Source of the DNA: Octopus vulgaris
Lineage: Eukaryota
Assembly (NCBI GenBank): GCA_951406725.2
Contig: OX597818.1
Coordinates: forward strand, 103,850,001 to 103,914,000
Direction of reading: 5' to 3'
DNA: 64,000 nt
Both the position numbers and the translations under genes were made by a program. Shown piece by piece: positions 13,682-26,750 of this stretch. Within the stretch, counting starts at the first letter, position 1. Each line of letters opens with the position of its first letter. The notes beneath the pieces were generated by a model. The model was not told where the DNA came from. It saw only the letters and a list, made by a program, of their open reading frames with translations, and searched no databases.

Positions 13682-15890
13682 TTGTTGTTGGCATCCTTTT
13701 TGTCTCGGAAGACAACGGAGTTGCGCATAAAATAATCTAGTCCGGCTTTTACATTCCATGTCCTAATATATCTCCTGCTGTAGGTGTGTAGTCCTATCCT
13801 GGACAAACACTCTCTCTGGCAGGTGCTGCACATGTAGCGAAGACTTTGCCTGGCTGGTTGTAAGGTCATACTTTCTTGTTTACGTCTTTTCTTGTCTTTC
13901 CATTTCTCATCTCCTTCTATGTCACTCCTTTGTGTTACCTCTTTTACGGTATGTCGCCAATCTCCACGGTTGCTGGCAACTGCTTCCCAGTTGGTAATAT
14001 TGATGTTGCAGGCATTCATGTCCATTTTGCAAACATCCTTGTTGTATCGTAAGAACGGTCTTCCCACAGACCTAGTGCCCCCAGCAAGCTCTCCGTTGAG
14101 TATGTCCTTGGGGATTCTGCCATCTTCCATACGGCTAACACGTCGAAGCTATCTCATACGTCTTTGTGTGAGGAGTGTAAACATGCTTGATATTCCTGCT
14201 TGCTTGAGGACATCTTTGTTGGGGACATGGTTCTGCCATTTGATGCGAAGGATTTTCCGGAAGCAGCGCAGGTGAAAGATATTTAGGCGACGTATGGGGT
14301 CGTATGGCGCGTGTATGGCGTCCAAGTCTCACTTCCATACAGTAGAGTGCTAAGTACACATGCCTGGTAAATCTTCAATTTGTGGTATTGGTCAGCTTAT
14401 TGTTGTCCCATTCCCGTTTGGAGAGTTGGGCCATCCCAGAAGCTGCCTTGCCAAAGCGTATATTGAGCTCAGTAGCAAGGGATATGTTGCAGGTGACGGT
14501 CGAGCCAAGATAGGTAAACTTCTCCACCTCCTGTAGTCTGTGGTCTCCAATATGTATGTTTGGGAAGGTAAATGTAGCCTGACCCATAATGTTGGTCTTC
14601 TTGAGGCTGATAAATAAGCCAAAGTTGCCACATGCTTGCTCAAAACAGTTGATGAGCCTTTGTAGGGCTTCTTCTGTGTGTGATACCAGAGTGGCATCAT
14701 CAGCAAATTGCATCTCCTTGATCAGGTCGCTTCTGATTTTGGTCTTGGCACGCAAACGCGAGAGATTGAACAGTTTCCCATCACTTCTACTGTGCAGAAA
14801 CACTCCATCATCTGATGTCACAAAGGCATGTGACAGCAGCAGCGAGAAGAAGATGCCAAATAATGTAGGAGCAAGGACACAACCTTGCTTTACCCCATTT
14901 TTTATTTGGAAGGCCGCTGATGTTGAACCATTGTGCTGTATGGTGCCTTGCATATCATCATGGAAAGATGTAATGATCCTCAGCAGCTTTGATGGACATC
15001 CGATGTTTTGGAGCAGGATGAAGAGTCCTTTTCTACTTTCCAATTCAAAGGCCTTTGTCAGAGCAATGAAGGACATATATAATGGCATTTTCTGCTCACT
15101 GGACTTCTCCTGAAATTGGCGTAAGGTGAATATCATGTCAATACTTGATCTGCTGCTTCTAACGACACACTGCGATTCTAGATAAATTCGAGAAGCAAGC
15201 ACTTACAGCCTGGACAGAATAATGCGAGCAGAAGCCTTTCCAACAGTGCTTAGAAGAGATATTCTACGGTAATTGTTACAATCACCACGGTCAACTTTGT
15301 TTTTGTAAAGCGTAATGATGTTAGCATCCCGTATATCCTGAGGGACTATACCCTATTCCGAGCACTGACACAGAAGCTCATAAATGTGCCGAAGCAGGAT
15401 GGTGTTTTTGCCAGTTTTGATGATCTCTAAGGGGATGCCGTCTTTTCCCGGAGCCTTGTTACTTGCTAGGAAGTCAATAGCCTTGGTGAGCTCTGCTATA
15501 GATGGCAGACTGTCAAGTTCACACATGACTGGAAAGATCCTGACACCCTCGATTGCAGCCTCAGCTACCATGGTCTTTCGTGAGTAGAGAACCTGGTAGT
15601 ATCCCACCCATCTATCCATTTGCTTGCTTTGGTCCTTGATGAGATCCCCAGTAGTTGATTTCAGAGGGGCTGACTTGGTTGCGGATGGACCAAGGGCCTT
15701 CTTCAAACCTGCATACGTCCTACGGGTGTCGCCACTGTCAGCAGCTGACTGGATACTATTTGCACAGCGTCTGGCAGTCAGTTGGGTTTTATTTCTTGCC
15801 TTTCTGAATTCTTTGAGTGATTCTATAGAAGAATCACTCTTGTATTACATCAGAGCTGCACGCTTTGTTTCGACAACTGTTTCCAGCTCT
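13682..15890 (-). mobile_element. 5'-truncated RTE (BovB-like) LINE, decayed
   Basis: ORFs 15353-15706 (KAPGKDGIP), 14375-15202 (GVKQGCVLAPTLF, QFADD, FTYLGS), 13615-14130 (RIPKDIL.GEL...R..GRP, CSTCQRECLSRIGLH); 3' end with short (CAA) tail; 5' end at (TA)n. Confidence 0.93.
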
Positions 15891-15892
15891 AA

Positions 15893-15944
<52 letters not shown>

Positions 15945-16475
15945 ATAAACGGAGGGAATGTAATGTAAAGAATGTTACGTTAACCTGCTACTGAAACCTT
16001 ATGCATTTGGTAATGCTTAAAGGATGTCGTTTATTCCCTTCTAAAACGGTACGGGCATTTGGATGCAATTTTTATTAATGTTAAATGCGGTAACATAGAA
16101 ACTGGATAATGATTTCTTTTTATTGAGAAAAAACTGTCCATTCTAAACTAAATTTGAATATAAGCTCTGCTGTCTTCAATGCTATAAATTCTTTGGTACT
16201 AAATTTAGGGCTTTGGACAATAATTGCTTGAGGAAATATAGTTCTTACTCATATTCACTACTCCATGTCTACCCCTTCGAATATAACGATTTATATTCGC
16301 TAATATACAATAGATGAAAATAACATGGGAATAAATAGACGTCTGTGTTAAGGAACAGAATAGGAACGAAAATTAAATGAACTTGGAGTAATGTTTACTC
16401 AGAACAAAATATCGAGCTTTAACTGGCTGCCGAAAAAGTCAGTTAAAGATTGAAAATTTTATGTAATAGCAGTGT

Positions 16476-16883
16476 TCTTTTACTCTTATACTCTTTTACT
16501 TGTTTCAGTCATTTGACTGTGACCATGCTGGAGCACCGCCTTTAGTGGAACAAATCGACCCCAGGACTTATTCTTTCTAAGCCAAGTACTTATTCTATCG
16601 GTCCTTTTTGCCGAACCGTTAAGTTACGGGGACGTAAACATACCAGCGTCGGTTGTCAAGCGATGTTGGGGGGACAAACACAGACACAAAAACGCACACA
16701 GACACACACACACACATATATACATATATACGACGAGTTTCTTTCAGTTTCCGTCTACCGAATCAACTCACAAGGCTCTGCTCGGTCTGAGGCTATAGTA
16801 GAAGACACTTGCCCAAGGTGTCACGCAGTGGGACTGAACCCGTAACCATGGGTTTGGTAAGCATGCTACTTAACACTACGCCT
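16476..16883 (-). mobile_element. tRNA-derived SINE family A (CORE-like body, internal microsatellite, AGAGTAA tail)
   Basis: Minus strand has B-box gggttcagtccc followed by ccttgggcaagtgtcttctac; closely similar to copies at 41213, 47181 and 52441. Confidence 0.9.
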
Positions 16884-18841
16884 ATGTTATTGAATTTCTC
16901 TTTGTTCTTGTTACACAGTTGTTATTACTGTTGTTTAACCCTAATTAGCATTTATTTTTGAGGCCTGCTGACAAACTTATTCTTGGATTAAAGAACACAC
17001 TATCTTTTCTCTCCAGAAAAACTGTGCTTAACTTTAGATTATAAAAATATATCTTATTCATAAAACAAAAAGTTGTGATTTGAGGCAGATGCTATCCGTT
17101 GGAAATCGACAAAAACCTACAAAGAGCACACCTTTGCTAATTAATGTTCTTCTTTGAGAATCTGCTCATTGTATCCTGGTATATTTAGCAAGTACAGCAA
17201 AAGCACTAAAACTTGGGTTTTATCCTTCGTGTAAAAGATCAAACACAATTTTCCACTGGACAAATGATTACAAAATTTTCTTAACTATTGTATATAATAA
17301 TGCTAAGAGTAAATACTGCATATACAATAAATATATTACTTTTTCGCAAGAATTTACTGTCCAAGTATGCAGTTGTTCAAACAGTATTTAAATGTATAAA
17401 GTAATTGCTTGATATAAGTAATTCTCGTTTTTACAATGGAATTCAGTCGTCAAATTCTTAAACCTGAAACAACAGAATTTTTAGGATATATAACTATATA
17501 AGGGAATTATTCATGGCAAACTATTTAATATTTTATACAACCTCGTTTTAATGTGTGTGTGAATTGCACTATTCTTTCACTCTCGTGTAAACAATGGTGG
17601 TCGTGTAAGATTTCAGCCAAGAAATTATGTATAAGAGGTTTTTATATTCATTTACTCTGACGGGTATGATATATGAGTCAATCACACTGTATAAATATTT
17701 ATTGAAATCTATCCAACAGCCGATAGATATGCTGCATGTGTACATATATACAACTGGGACAGTTACTTCAGAGTCCCATAAGAAGTATTTGCTTATTATA
17801 ACGCATATTTTGAAATGGAAATAAATATGTGTCACTAGTTTGGACAACAACAATATTTCGATATACTCCTTTTTTTGGCCAAATAATCACAGGCACTATA
17901 TATTCATCCTTCATTTAATCATGTTTTATATCCATTGTCTAGACATCTTTCTTCCCACATCTGTGACCTCTTCAGGGACCCTCCGTTCCACTTGTATCTA
18001 CCTGTTCTTCAGTGTATATAGTTATCTGCACATGCGTTTGAGCCTGTGTGTTTGTGTGTGCGTGGGGTGTGTATATACATGTCTGTGTGTTTTGTATGCG
18101 TGATTTGAGTGTGTATAAGGGTTTTCTTTCTATCCTGTTTGTAGTCGTGCCCTTCCCAAATATTTTATTTTAGTTAATTATTTATCTCTCTATCCCCATC
18201 CCCATTTCATCTTAAGTATGTGTATGTGTGTCTTTTGTGTATATATACGGGTTTATGTATTAGCAACAACAAAAAATATAATAGCTGCAATAGTAACCAC
18301 ATCAGCAATACTAACAATAACAACTGTAATAATTATGTATGTAAGTTAATGCAATATCAGAAACTAAACCGTGTATATGTACAATCATGACAAGGTATAT
18401 TTATCTCAGCTAAGTTTGATGCATCAACTTAAAATTCATCTGTTATAATTATATGACTTTTTACGGAAGCAATATAATTGATCGAATATCGATTTTATTG
18501 AATGCATTCAAAAACTCGTGACGAGCATGAGGCTATTGCAGGCATTAGTGACGGAAATTAAGTGAAACTTCTCCAAATGTAAATAGAAAATGACTATTTC
18601 GACACGGTTTGCTGAAAATGTACCATCATTAAACTTCTCCACCATCACCACACTCGCTAGAGAGAAAATAATACAAAAAAGAAAACAACAGACTCAGTCC
18701 GAAATATATATCGATTAAGAATACGTCAATACGCACCGGCATAAACAACGATTCATAGAAAGTAGGTTCTAAGTGAATACGTAGCTTCTGGGGAAAAAAA
18801 AACGCAACTCCATTGTCGAGGAAATAACAACACACACACAC

Positions 18842-18879
<38 letters not shown>

Positions 18880-19168
18880 ATATCATATATATCATATTAT
18901 ATATATATATACGATATATCATATTATATATATATATATATATAAAAATATATATATGATATATCATATATATATATACATATATATATAATATCATATA
19001 TATATATATATATATGGAATATATATACATATATAATTTATATATATATAATATATATATATATTATATATGTATATATATATATGTGTATGTGTGTGTG
19101 TATATGTATGTATGTATGTTTTTTTCATATACGTACGAGTATGCAAATCATGTTTATTGAACACTCAC

Positions 19169-19372
19169 CATCATAAGATTATTCATTTGTTGTTTGAACA
19201 CGTCTTCTTTAATGAATATCATCACTTTGGTGAATACACTTCTATGCGTACAACCAGTATGCTTGTCAGAATTCGAATGGGAACTGAATCCTTCTGTGCC
19301 TTTCATAATGCTTACATATCTTTCCCACTTTGCGATCAGATCTCGGACAATGCTCATTTCCACCTCGATCAT
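19169..19372 (-). CDS. Candidate internal coding exon of an unidentified host gene (68 codons, phase 0-0)
   Basis: Minus strand ...ttttcgtatttgctatggatAG | ATGATCGAG...CTTATGATG | GTGAGT; open, non-repetitive frame MIEVEMSIVRDLIAKWERYVSIMK...KQQMNNLMM; no homolog recognised. Confidence 0.4.
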
Positions 19373-19754
19373 CTATCCATAGCAAATACGAAAATCATGT
19401 TTTTGAATCGTTGAATATGGGTTATGCCATTCTGCATCGAATCAGATAGTCGATTACCAAATATATCCGTGGTTACTATGATACGCGAAGTAAGAAAAGT
19501 AATTGACTAATAAGATATGGGCTGAATGCGAGACACAAAATCTAGATTTCTTCATATCCTTGTTGGATTTAGATTTCAGGAAAATCATATGTAGTTTTCT
19601 TTCGTTAAACCAGATTTGGTTACACATACACTTACTGTATAACACTAACTTACATACAAATGCACAATTGTAAATATCTACAACATACTTCTAACTATCA
19701 TTTTATCTTTATACATCGACTTCCTTTATGTATATTTATATATATTATCTTGTC

Positions 19755-19975
19755 CTTGTTTCAGTCACTACACTGCAGCCATGCTGTGGCACCGTCATGA
19801 AGAATTTTAGTTGGACGAATCAACACCAATCAACAGAACGGCTTGTTCGGGAAGTTAACGTGTAAGTGGCATATTGTACATATTGTATCGGGTTCTTTGG
19901 CCGAGCATCTAAGTTGCAGTAACGTAAACACAGCAACACCGGTTATCAAGTGGTAAGGTGGCACAAACAGAAAGA
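19755..19975 (-). mobile_element. Degraded 3' half of SINE family A with a short family-B fragment embedded (~19832-19870)
   Basis: cttgtttcagtcac...gccatgctg and gtaaacacagcaacaccggttatcaag match family A; cttgttcgggaagttaacgtgtaagtggc matches 32141-32170. Confidence 0.65.
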
Positions 19976-20064
19976 CCCGCGCGCACACACATACACAGAC
20001 AGGTATGTATACATACATATACATATATATACATACACACACAAACACACACACGCACATATAC

Positions 20065-20119
<55 letters not shown>

Positions 20120-20436
20120 TATATATATATATTTATATTCATACATCCATATGTGTGTGTATGTGCGTGCGCACAGATATATGTCTGTGTTTTTGTGTGT
20201 GTGTGTGTGCGCGCGCGCGCGCGTGTTTTTGTGTGTGTAAAAATAACATACACTACGGAGTGTGTCTTGACATATGTACAAGCGTTTCGGCGTGGTATAT
20301 ATAAACTTTATATATAATAGAGAACTTATGAAGGAGTCCTCCACGAGCGCTGGCGTGATTTTGTGTTTAATAATTTCCCTTCAAGAGAACGCGGTCTGAA
20401 GTTCAGTTCCAGATTACGACACATGATGTTAGTGCC

Positions 20437-20760
20437 GTGGAGGCGCAATGGCAGCGGATTTGCGGTCGTAGGATCGCTGTTTTGATTCCCAAAACGAAAA
20501 CACCTAAAGGCTCCACGTGTCTCCGGCAGGGAGTGGCAGTGAACCCTGATGCACTCTTTCGCCGCAAGTTTCTCTGACTCTTTCGTTTTTCTGTTGTACC
20601 AGTCACACTCTGTGTCACGCTGAATCTCCCCCAGAGCTACGTTAAGGGAACACGTGTCTGTGGAGTATTCAACGACTTGCGCGTTAATTTCTCGGACAAG
20701 CTGTTCCGTTGATCGGATGAACTGGAACCTTCGACGTCGTAACCGACGGGGTGCCAAGAA
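20437..20760 (+). mobile_element. tRNA-derived SINE family B, tail type 1 (Nin/Deu-like domain)
   Basis: Head gtggaggcgcaatgg...gcggtcgtaggatcgc; body gtcacactctgtgtcacgctga...ctacgttaaggg...gttaatttc; same family as 32085-32466. Confidence 0.85.
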
Positions 20761-20814
20761 TGTAGTTCCATACTGACTGACGCCCTATGAAGAATGAACT
20801 TGGCCGACGGAAAC

Positions 20815-20846
<32 letters not shown>

Positions 20847-20850
<4 letters not shown>

Positions 20851-21143
20851 AGGTGCAATGGCCCAGTGGTTAGGGCAGTGGACACGCGGTCGTAGGATCG
20901 CAGTTTCGATTCTCAGACGGGGCCTTGTGAGAATTTATTGAGCGAAAATACATAAAGCTCCAGGTGGCTCCAACAGAGGATGGTCGGGAACCCTGCTATA
21001 CTCATTCCCCACAACTTTCTTCTGTTGGCCTGCTCGCTTAGGCAGCGAGGTGGCGTCATTTGACGGCTAAAAATGTGAAGCGCATTGTGATCAGCGATGT
21101 GTAACAACGTCTGATAGCCTGGTCGGTCACGGTGGTAACGGTG
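20847..21143 (+). mobile_element. tRNA-derived SINE family B, tail type 2
   Basis: A-box tggcccagtgg, B-box gtttcgattct; shares the first ~170 bp with family B and then diverges (ggcctgctcgctta...gcgcattgtgatcagcgatgtg). Confidence 0.85.
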
Positions 21144-21160
21144 CTATGTATATATATACA

Positions 21161-21385
21161 TATTTAGAAAATATTTGTTATGGCTGGTACATAGGGTTAC
21201 CCACTTTTTCTCGTCCATAAAGCGCTTAGCTTTACACACGTCTACGCAGACCCTAATGGTTGGTGGCTTACTGTTATAGGTGACCGACTATGAGGACATG
21301 ACGAAACATGTGTATAGCTAAGAGCTTTATGGACGCCAAACTCTGAGTAACTCATGAACCGGCCAAAGCTAACATACTCTAAATA
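21161..21385. repeat. Old imperfect inverted repeat (MITE-like or decayed terminal-repeat hairpin)
   Basis: 21181-21241 pairs with 21306-21365 (cgtccataaagcgcttagct / agctaagagctttatggacg), with weaker pairing outward. Confidence 0.7.
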
Positions 21386-21439
21386 CTCTACTGCTCTATG
21401 ACTTAAAATGTGCTTCTACTTCGGATTTATGATTAAATG

Positions 21440-21500
<61 letters not shown>

Positions 21501-21520
21501 TCCCATCGACTCCTGGCAAC

Positions 21521-21911
21521 TGTTGTTGCTGTTGCTGTTGCTGTTGAGCGAATGATCTTCGTCCCAGAGCTCGCAAGATGGGAGAAATCCGAAACGTGAT
21601 CCTTTGCAATTCGTCAGACCCGCAGAAGAGAAAGCAGGTCAACCCCCGACACCGAGAGCATCGACGGATGGATGAATGCGCATCCAGGCTCAGCAGTTGC
21701 GTAGGAAGTCGGGGACAAGAAACAGGAAGCAAGGGTGATAGAAAGTTGGAGCGAAAGAGTACAACAGGGGTCACCACCACCCCCTGCCGGAGCATCGTGG
21801 AGCTTTAGGTGTTTTCGCTCAATAAACACACACAAAGCCCGGTCTGGGAATCAAAACCGCGATTCTCCGACCGCGAGTCCGCTGCCCTGACGATTGGGCC
21901 ATTGGGCTTCC
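21521..21911 (-). mobile_element. tRNA-derived SINE family B, tail type 3, ending in (CAA/CAG)n
   Basis: Minus strand head ggaagcccaatggcccaatcgtcagggcagcggactcgcggtc; shared 5' body; distinct GC-rich 3' part. Confidence 0.85.
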
Positions 21912-22729
21912 CCTTGCTGTTTGTGTGTTGAATTCCCTGTAGCATATATCTTCTATACAAATAACCAATTAAATAAGTTGCAGGTTTTAATAAATAAGTA
22001 GAGAAGTCGATAACACGACTGAATTTCTCTAGGATGTACCCCAGTATTAGAGAGAGGGGGTAGTGAGATAACCTTGTCAGTTATATGAGCGACTGAATCA
22101 AAGAAGCGCATAGAATAAGTTGTTTGAGGGTAGAATCGGGACAATAGATGTTCTATAAGTATAGTAGAGTTATTTTTATCTTTTCCATCTCTTCTACGTT
22201 CATCCAGGCGACACTTGAGTGTTGACAGCTGAAAACAACGAACTCATAGAAGCGAGAAATTTTTTTGAAATGATTTCTAAGAATAAACATAATTTCACCC
22301 GAGATATCTTTAAAAGTATTGTTAATTTTGTATGAGACATAAAGACTTTTGCATTTTCTGTTGAAATGCTAGTTTGATTTACAAGAAATTCAGCAAATTT
22401 GTAAGGCTGGCTAGATGACATATACGTGTGTACGTACGTACGAATGTATGTATGTACTTACGTATGTGTGTATATGTGGGTGTGTATGTGTGTTAGATAA
22501 TTATTGTCTTCAGAATAGTAACAAGGGCAGAGTTAATCGATTAATTCAAATCCAGTTCCTACACGGTATATTATTTTATTACAGAGAAGAACTTAGTTTA
22601 AATTTAACATCGGCGTTTCTTGAAATCAGAATGCGAAGACAGGAAGAAATATTTCAGACAATTATAGTCGAACGATCTAACAATACAGAAAGATTTACCA
22701 CCTTGCAAGATATAGGATTACAAGTGACA

Positions 22730-22779
<50 letters not shown>

Positions 22780-22791
22780 TATATATACATG

Positions 22792-22855
<64 letters not shown>

Positions 22856-22857
22856 CT

Positions 22858-23020
22858 ATGGGCTTTGTTCAACTTTTCGTCTACCAAATCCACTCACAAG
22901 GCTTTGGTCGGCCCGAGGCTACAGTAGAAGACACTTGCCCAAGGTGCCATGCAGTGAGACTGAACCCGGAACCATGTGGTTGGTGAGCAAGCTACTTACC
23001 ACACAGCCACACCTGCGCCT
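22858..23020 (-). mobile_element. SINE family A, 5' half ending in its internal microsatellite
   Basis: aggcgcaggtgtggctgtgtggtaag...ggttccgggttcagtc on the minus strand. Confidence 0.88.
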
Positions 23021-24030
23021 ATATATAAGGCTAATATTTAAGTGTTGTATATGTCCCTAGTAGTACACCGACAGAGCATGTTCACTATCTATGGCTACCT
23101 GACGTCATTCATGATAATTAAACAAATATCACTGGATCTAACACAGGAATCTTCAGTGTCCGTTTGGTATAATAACAAACGATAGAGACAGACATTGAAT
23201 GCACGGGAAACTATATTGCTCATTACGATCGTTTCGATACATCTTGCATCGATACTTCGCGGGTGGGAAGCTATACAACTAGTTGTGGTGCATCCCTTGG
23301 TGCAGATTCCTACCCAGCCTTCATCTACGGACACTAAGAACATGCTACACTACACCCGAACTAAACAGATTCCATTTAGAGAGATAACTCTCAGTCCGTC
23401 ACTTGACGAGACACTTATGCAGGGAGGGATGCACCAGAGGGAATTGTATACTTTCCCATTCGCGAGGGTTCGGTAATAGAAAATGGTCGCTAATAGAAAA
23501 GAAGATCAACATTATAGATGAGGGCAATTTTCTGAAGCTGTTAAGAATAAAGAAAAGGAGAGAGAGGGAGAAAGGGTATTTTAGGTCAAACTGATGTTGA
23601 CTGAGGGAAGGTCGTTGTTGATGTTAAGCTGGGGTCATTTTACTTTATCAACGGTAAATATATATACTGTCGCACCCAAGTACATGCACTTATACAGTAG
23701 CAAAAGAAAATAAAAGAAAAAGCTAGAATTTTTAGAAGTGAAATTGTTAGGAATGAATACAAAAGGAAGAGAAGGGGTTACATATTTAGTAGTGGGAATA
23801 AGGTGGATTTTCTAGGAAGGAAAGGGGGGAGCGAAATAAAAAGGGGGAGATGGGGGATAATGTTACTAGTCATTAGAGGAATATAACATAGCAGTCGGAG
23901 GTAAAATGATGTTATATTACTCAACAGTAAACACTTACATTTGCATATCCGCGCACACGCGCGTACGTTCTCTGTCCGTGGATAGTATGCCATAGGTTTG
24001 CACACGCGTGTAAGCGCTTGCATATTCCCG

Positions 24031-24072
<42 letters not shown>

Positions 24073-24145
24073 CATATACGGTAAAAAAAAACACACAACA
24101 AACGGAAATCGTCAAAACATAACATATATATTGTTGAATGTATAT

Positions 24146-24594
24146 TATATAGTCTTTGACTAATTTTCTTTCTCACTAGACCGCTGGTAGAGGAAAATTT
24201 TTTCTAGAAATTTTGCTACCCTTATATTTATTAATTAATGATTTTTTGGCTAATTTTGAAATTAAATCAGCAGTTTATATTTGCTGCTGAGTAGACCGCG
24301 CGATTGCGGTAAGATTTGAAAATTTAGAGCATATGTGTCTGGAGGCTTCTTTACCATAGCCTCGTGGACATATACTCGTCCTAGGCTCTCTGCTGACGAG
24401 GCACGCCAGATGTAAATGAATTTAATTTAATTTAATTAATTCATTTGCCAAAGTTTTGCCGAAACTATGCATAGTCCAGAGATGAAAGGGGTAAACGTTT
24501 GTATTTCTCTTTCTATTTCAGAATTCCAACTATTTAGCGGTATGAGTTTTGGCTGCTCTTTCTAGTGAGTCGAATGTCTTATATGGCCATTCCT
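24146..24594. mobile_element. Unclassified ~450-bp insertion between 19-bp direct repeats
   Basis: tatattgttgaatgtatat at 24127-24145 and 24595-24613; subterminal inverted 9-mers ctcactaga (24172) / tctagtgag (24561); GC-rich hairpin core. Confidence 0.5.
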
Positions 24595-24605
24595 TATATT
24601 GTTGA

Positions 24606-24647
<42 letters not shown>

Positions 24648-24667
24648 GTGTGGATTTACATAGATGG

Positions 24668-24716
<49 letters not shown>

Positions 24717-25150
24717 CTTATAGGCGGATATGTGTCTTGGATGTGTACGGTGAAATGCGGCTTTCTATGGATTATGTTTTTCCGAGCGCGTCATTCTACT
24801 AAATTTGTTTGCTTATGGGGAACCTTATAGCAATTCTTAATTGACTTTCACCAACTTGTGCTATAGGTAACCTTTTCTGTATTCCTGTATATTCTATCTT
24901 ACAACACTGGAATATACGGTAGTGTGGAACATATTTCTGTTTCACAATGTCATCATGCGAATAACTTATGGAATTTGCTCAAGTGTAATCATTACATTTA
25001 CAACAATTTAACGACCGAAAAAGAATTTTAATGGCTTCAGATAGAGATGACTCTCTCAGCGGTAAAGTAAATGCAAAAATAGATTCTAAGTAGGAAAATT
25101 GTTAAAATATTACTTGAAAACATTAACTTTCAACACATTCAACAACTAGA

Positions 25151-25190
<40 letters not shown>

Positions 25191-25639
25191 ATAATAATAA
25201 TAATAATAATAATAGGCTTCTGCTCTTAACTGAGAGAGAAGAGAGCTTCATCTGACCCAATGCATGGACAGATGACATGATAATGGGAGGACCATGATTT
25301 TGAGAAAGAAATAAGTTGAGATGAGATATGGCGGTGGAGCACATGTCGGCTAAGTTTTCTGATTCTTTCGTTCTATGATGTCTTGCCATCACCTACAAAT
25401 CTAGTCTCAGAGAATGATATATGCAATACGGAAAGATCGTAACACTGAAGTATTATTTTTTAGCTGTTCACTAGCGTTGACTAGATATACAAAGAGGCAC
25501 AGCTTGTTTCTTAAGGTTATCTTCTATGCTATAGAGAAAAAAATTGATCAATAACAGTGAGAAAAAAACCGTTGATAGTACCGACTAAAGATTTCATTAC
25601 CTCCGTGCGCGCAGGATTCGTTTCAACAAGAAGAACAAC

Positions 25640-26230
25640 AAGCTTCCTGTAAGCGATCAAAGGTAGAACGGCTATTGGGAGTTGACTGCAGATTACCAGG
25701 ATGCTAGGAAGTGTTTCCCATCCGAGTTACGAAAACGCCAGACATTATAATGTTGTGTGAAAGAAGGAACGTTGTGAATGTAGTCGAGATAACGGTTCCT
25801 TATGAAGATAACATGAACGCCGCTCGTGTTCGAAAGACTGACCGTTATGTAAACCTCTTCAAGGAATGTAAAGAAGAGGGCTGGAAAGCGGAGCATTTTC
25901 CAATCGAAGTCGGATGTAGAGGGTTTGTTGGACACAGCGTGAGGCAACTGTTCTAATCGTTAGGCCTAAATCATCGTAAATACCACCATGGCCGATATCC
26001 AAACTACAGTGGAAAACGATAACCACTGGTTTAGCGATGAGCGATGGTGAGAAGAATATTGAGTTTTATTTAATAACCAGTTGATCAAGAATGCGGGACC
26101 TCGTATCACTGATGCCGTCAAGGAGTAGGCCCCGAAACGGCGCGCATTCTCTCCTGATTAGACGCTACACTTGCTAGTTTCCGGTATGCGGAGCTCTCGA
26201 CTGGTAGCACTTGAATGTGAAAGTTGTTTG
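25640..26230 (+). mobile_element. 3' fragment of a Hero-type RLE non-LTR retrotransposon
   Basis: ORF 25711-25956: PDIIML...VVEITVPYEDNMNAARVRKTDRY...C..EGW....PIEVGCRGFV, the PD-(D/E)xK RLE signature; boundaries approximate. Confidence 0.8.
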
Positions 26231-26254
26231 GTAAACAACTAGATATTAAATATA

Positions 26255-26750
<496 letters not shown>

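Noticed and set aside
20847-20925. tRNA genes at SINE heads (also 28228, 32466, 38478, 47610)
   Set aside because: A/B boxes are present but each continues into a SINE body and no full cloverleaf is evident.
21433-21795. ORF with poly-Q, and CTGACGA at 21611-21617 (-) as a hammerhead
   Set aside because: Lies within a SINE and its (CAA/CAG) tail; no GAAA/stem III at a suitable position on the same strand.
23221-23250. Minus-strand stem + GAAA-cgatcg-TA resembling a hammerhead 3' half
   Set aside because: No CUGANGA upstream of the stem and no stem I; cannot be supported.
26105-26145. CTGATG...CGAAAC in the Hero 3' region as a hammerhead
   Set aside because: Pairing (gccgt/acggc) spans the GAAA and no NUH/stem I follows; more simply a 3' UTR stem-loop.
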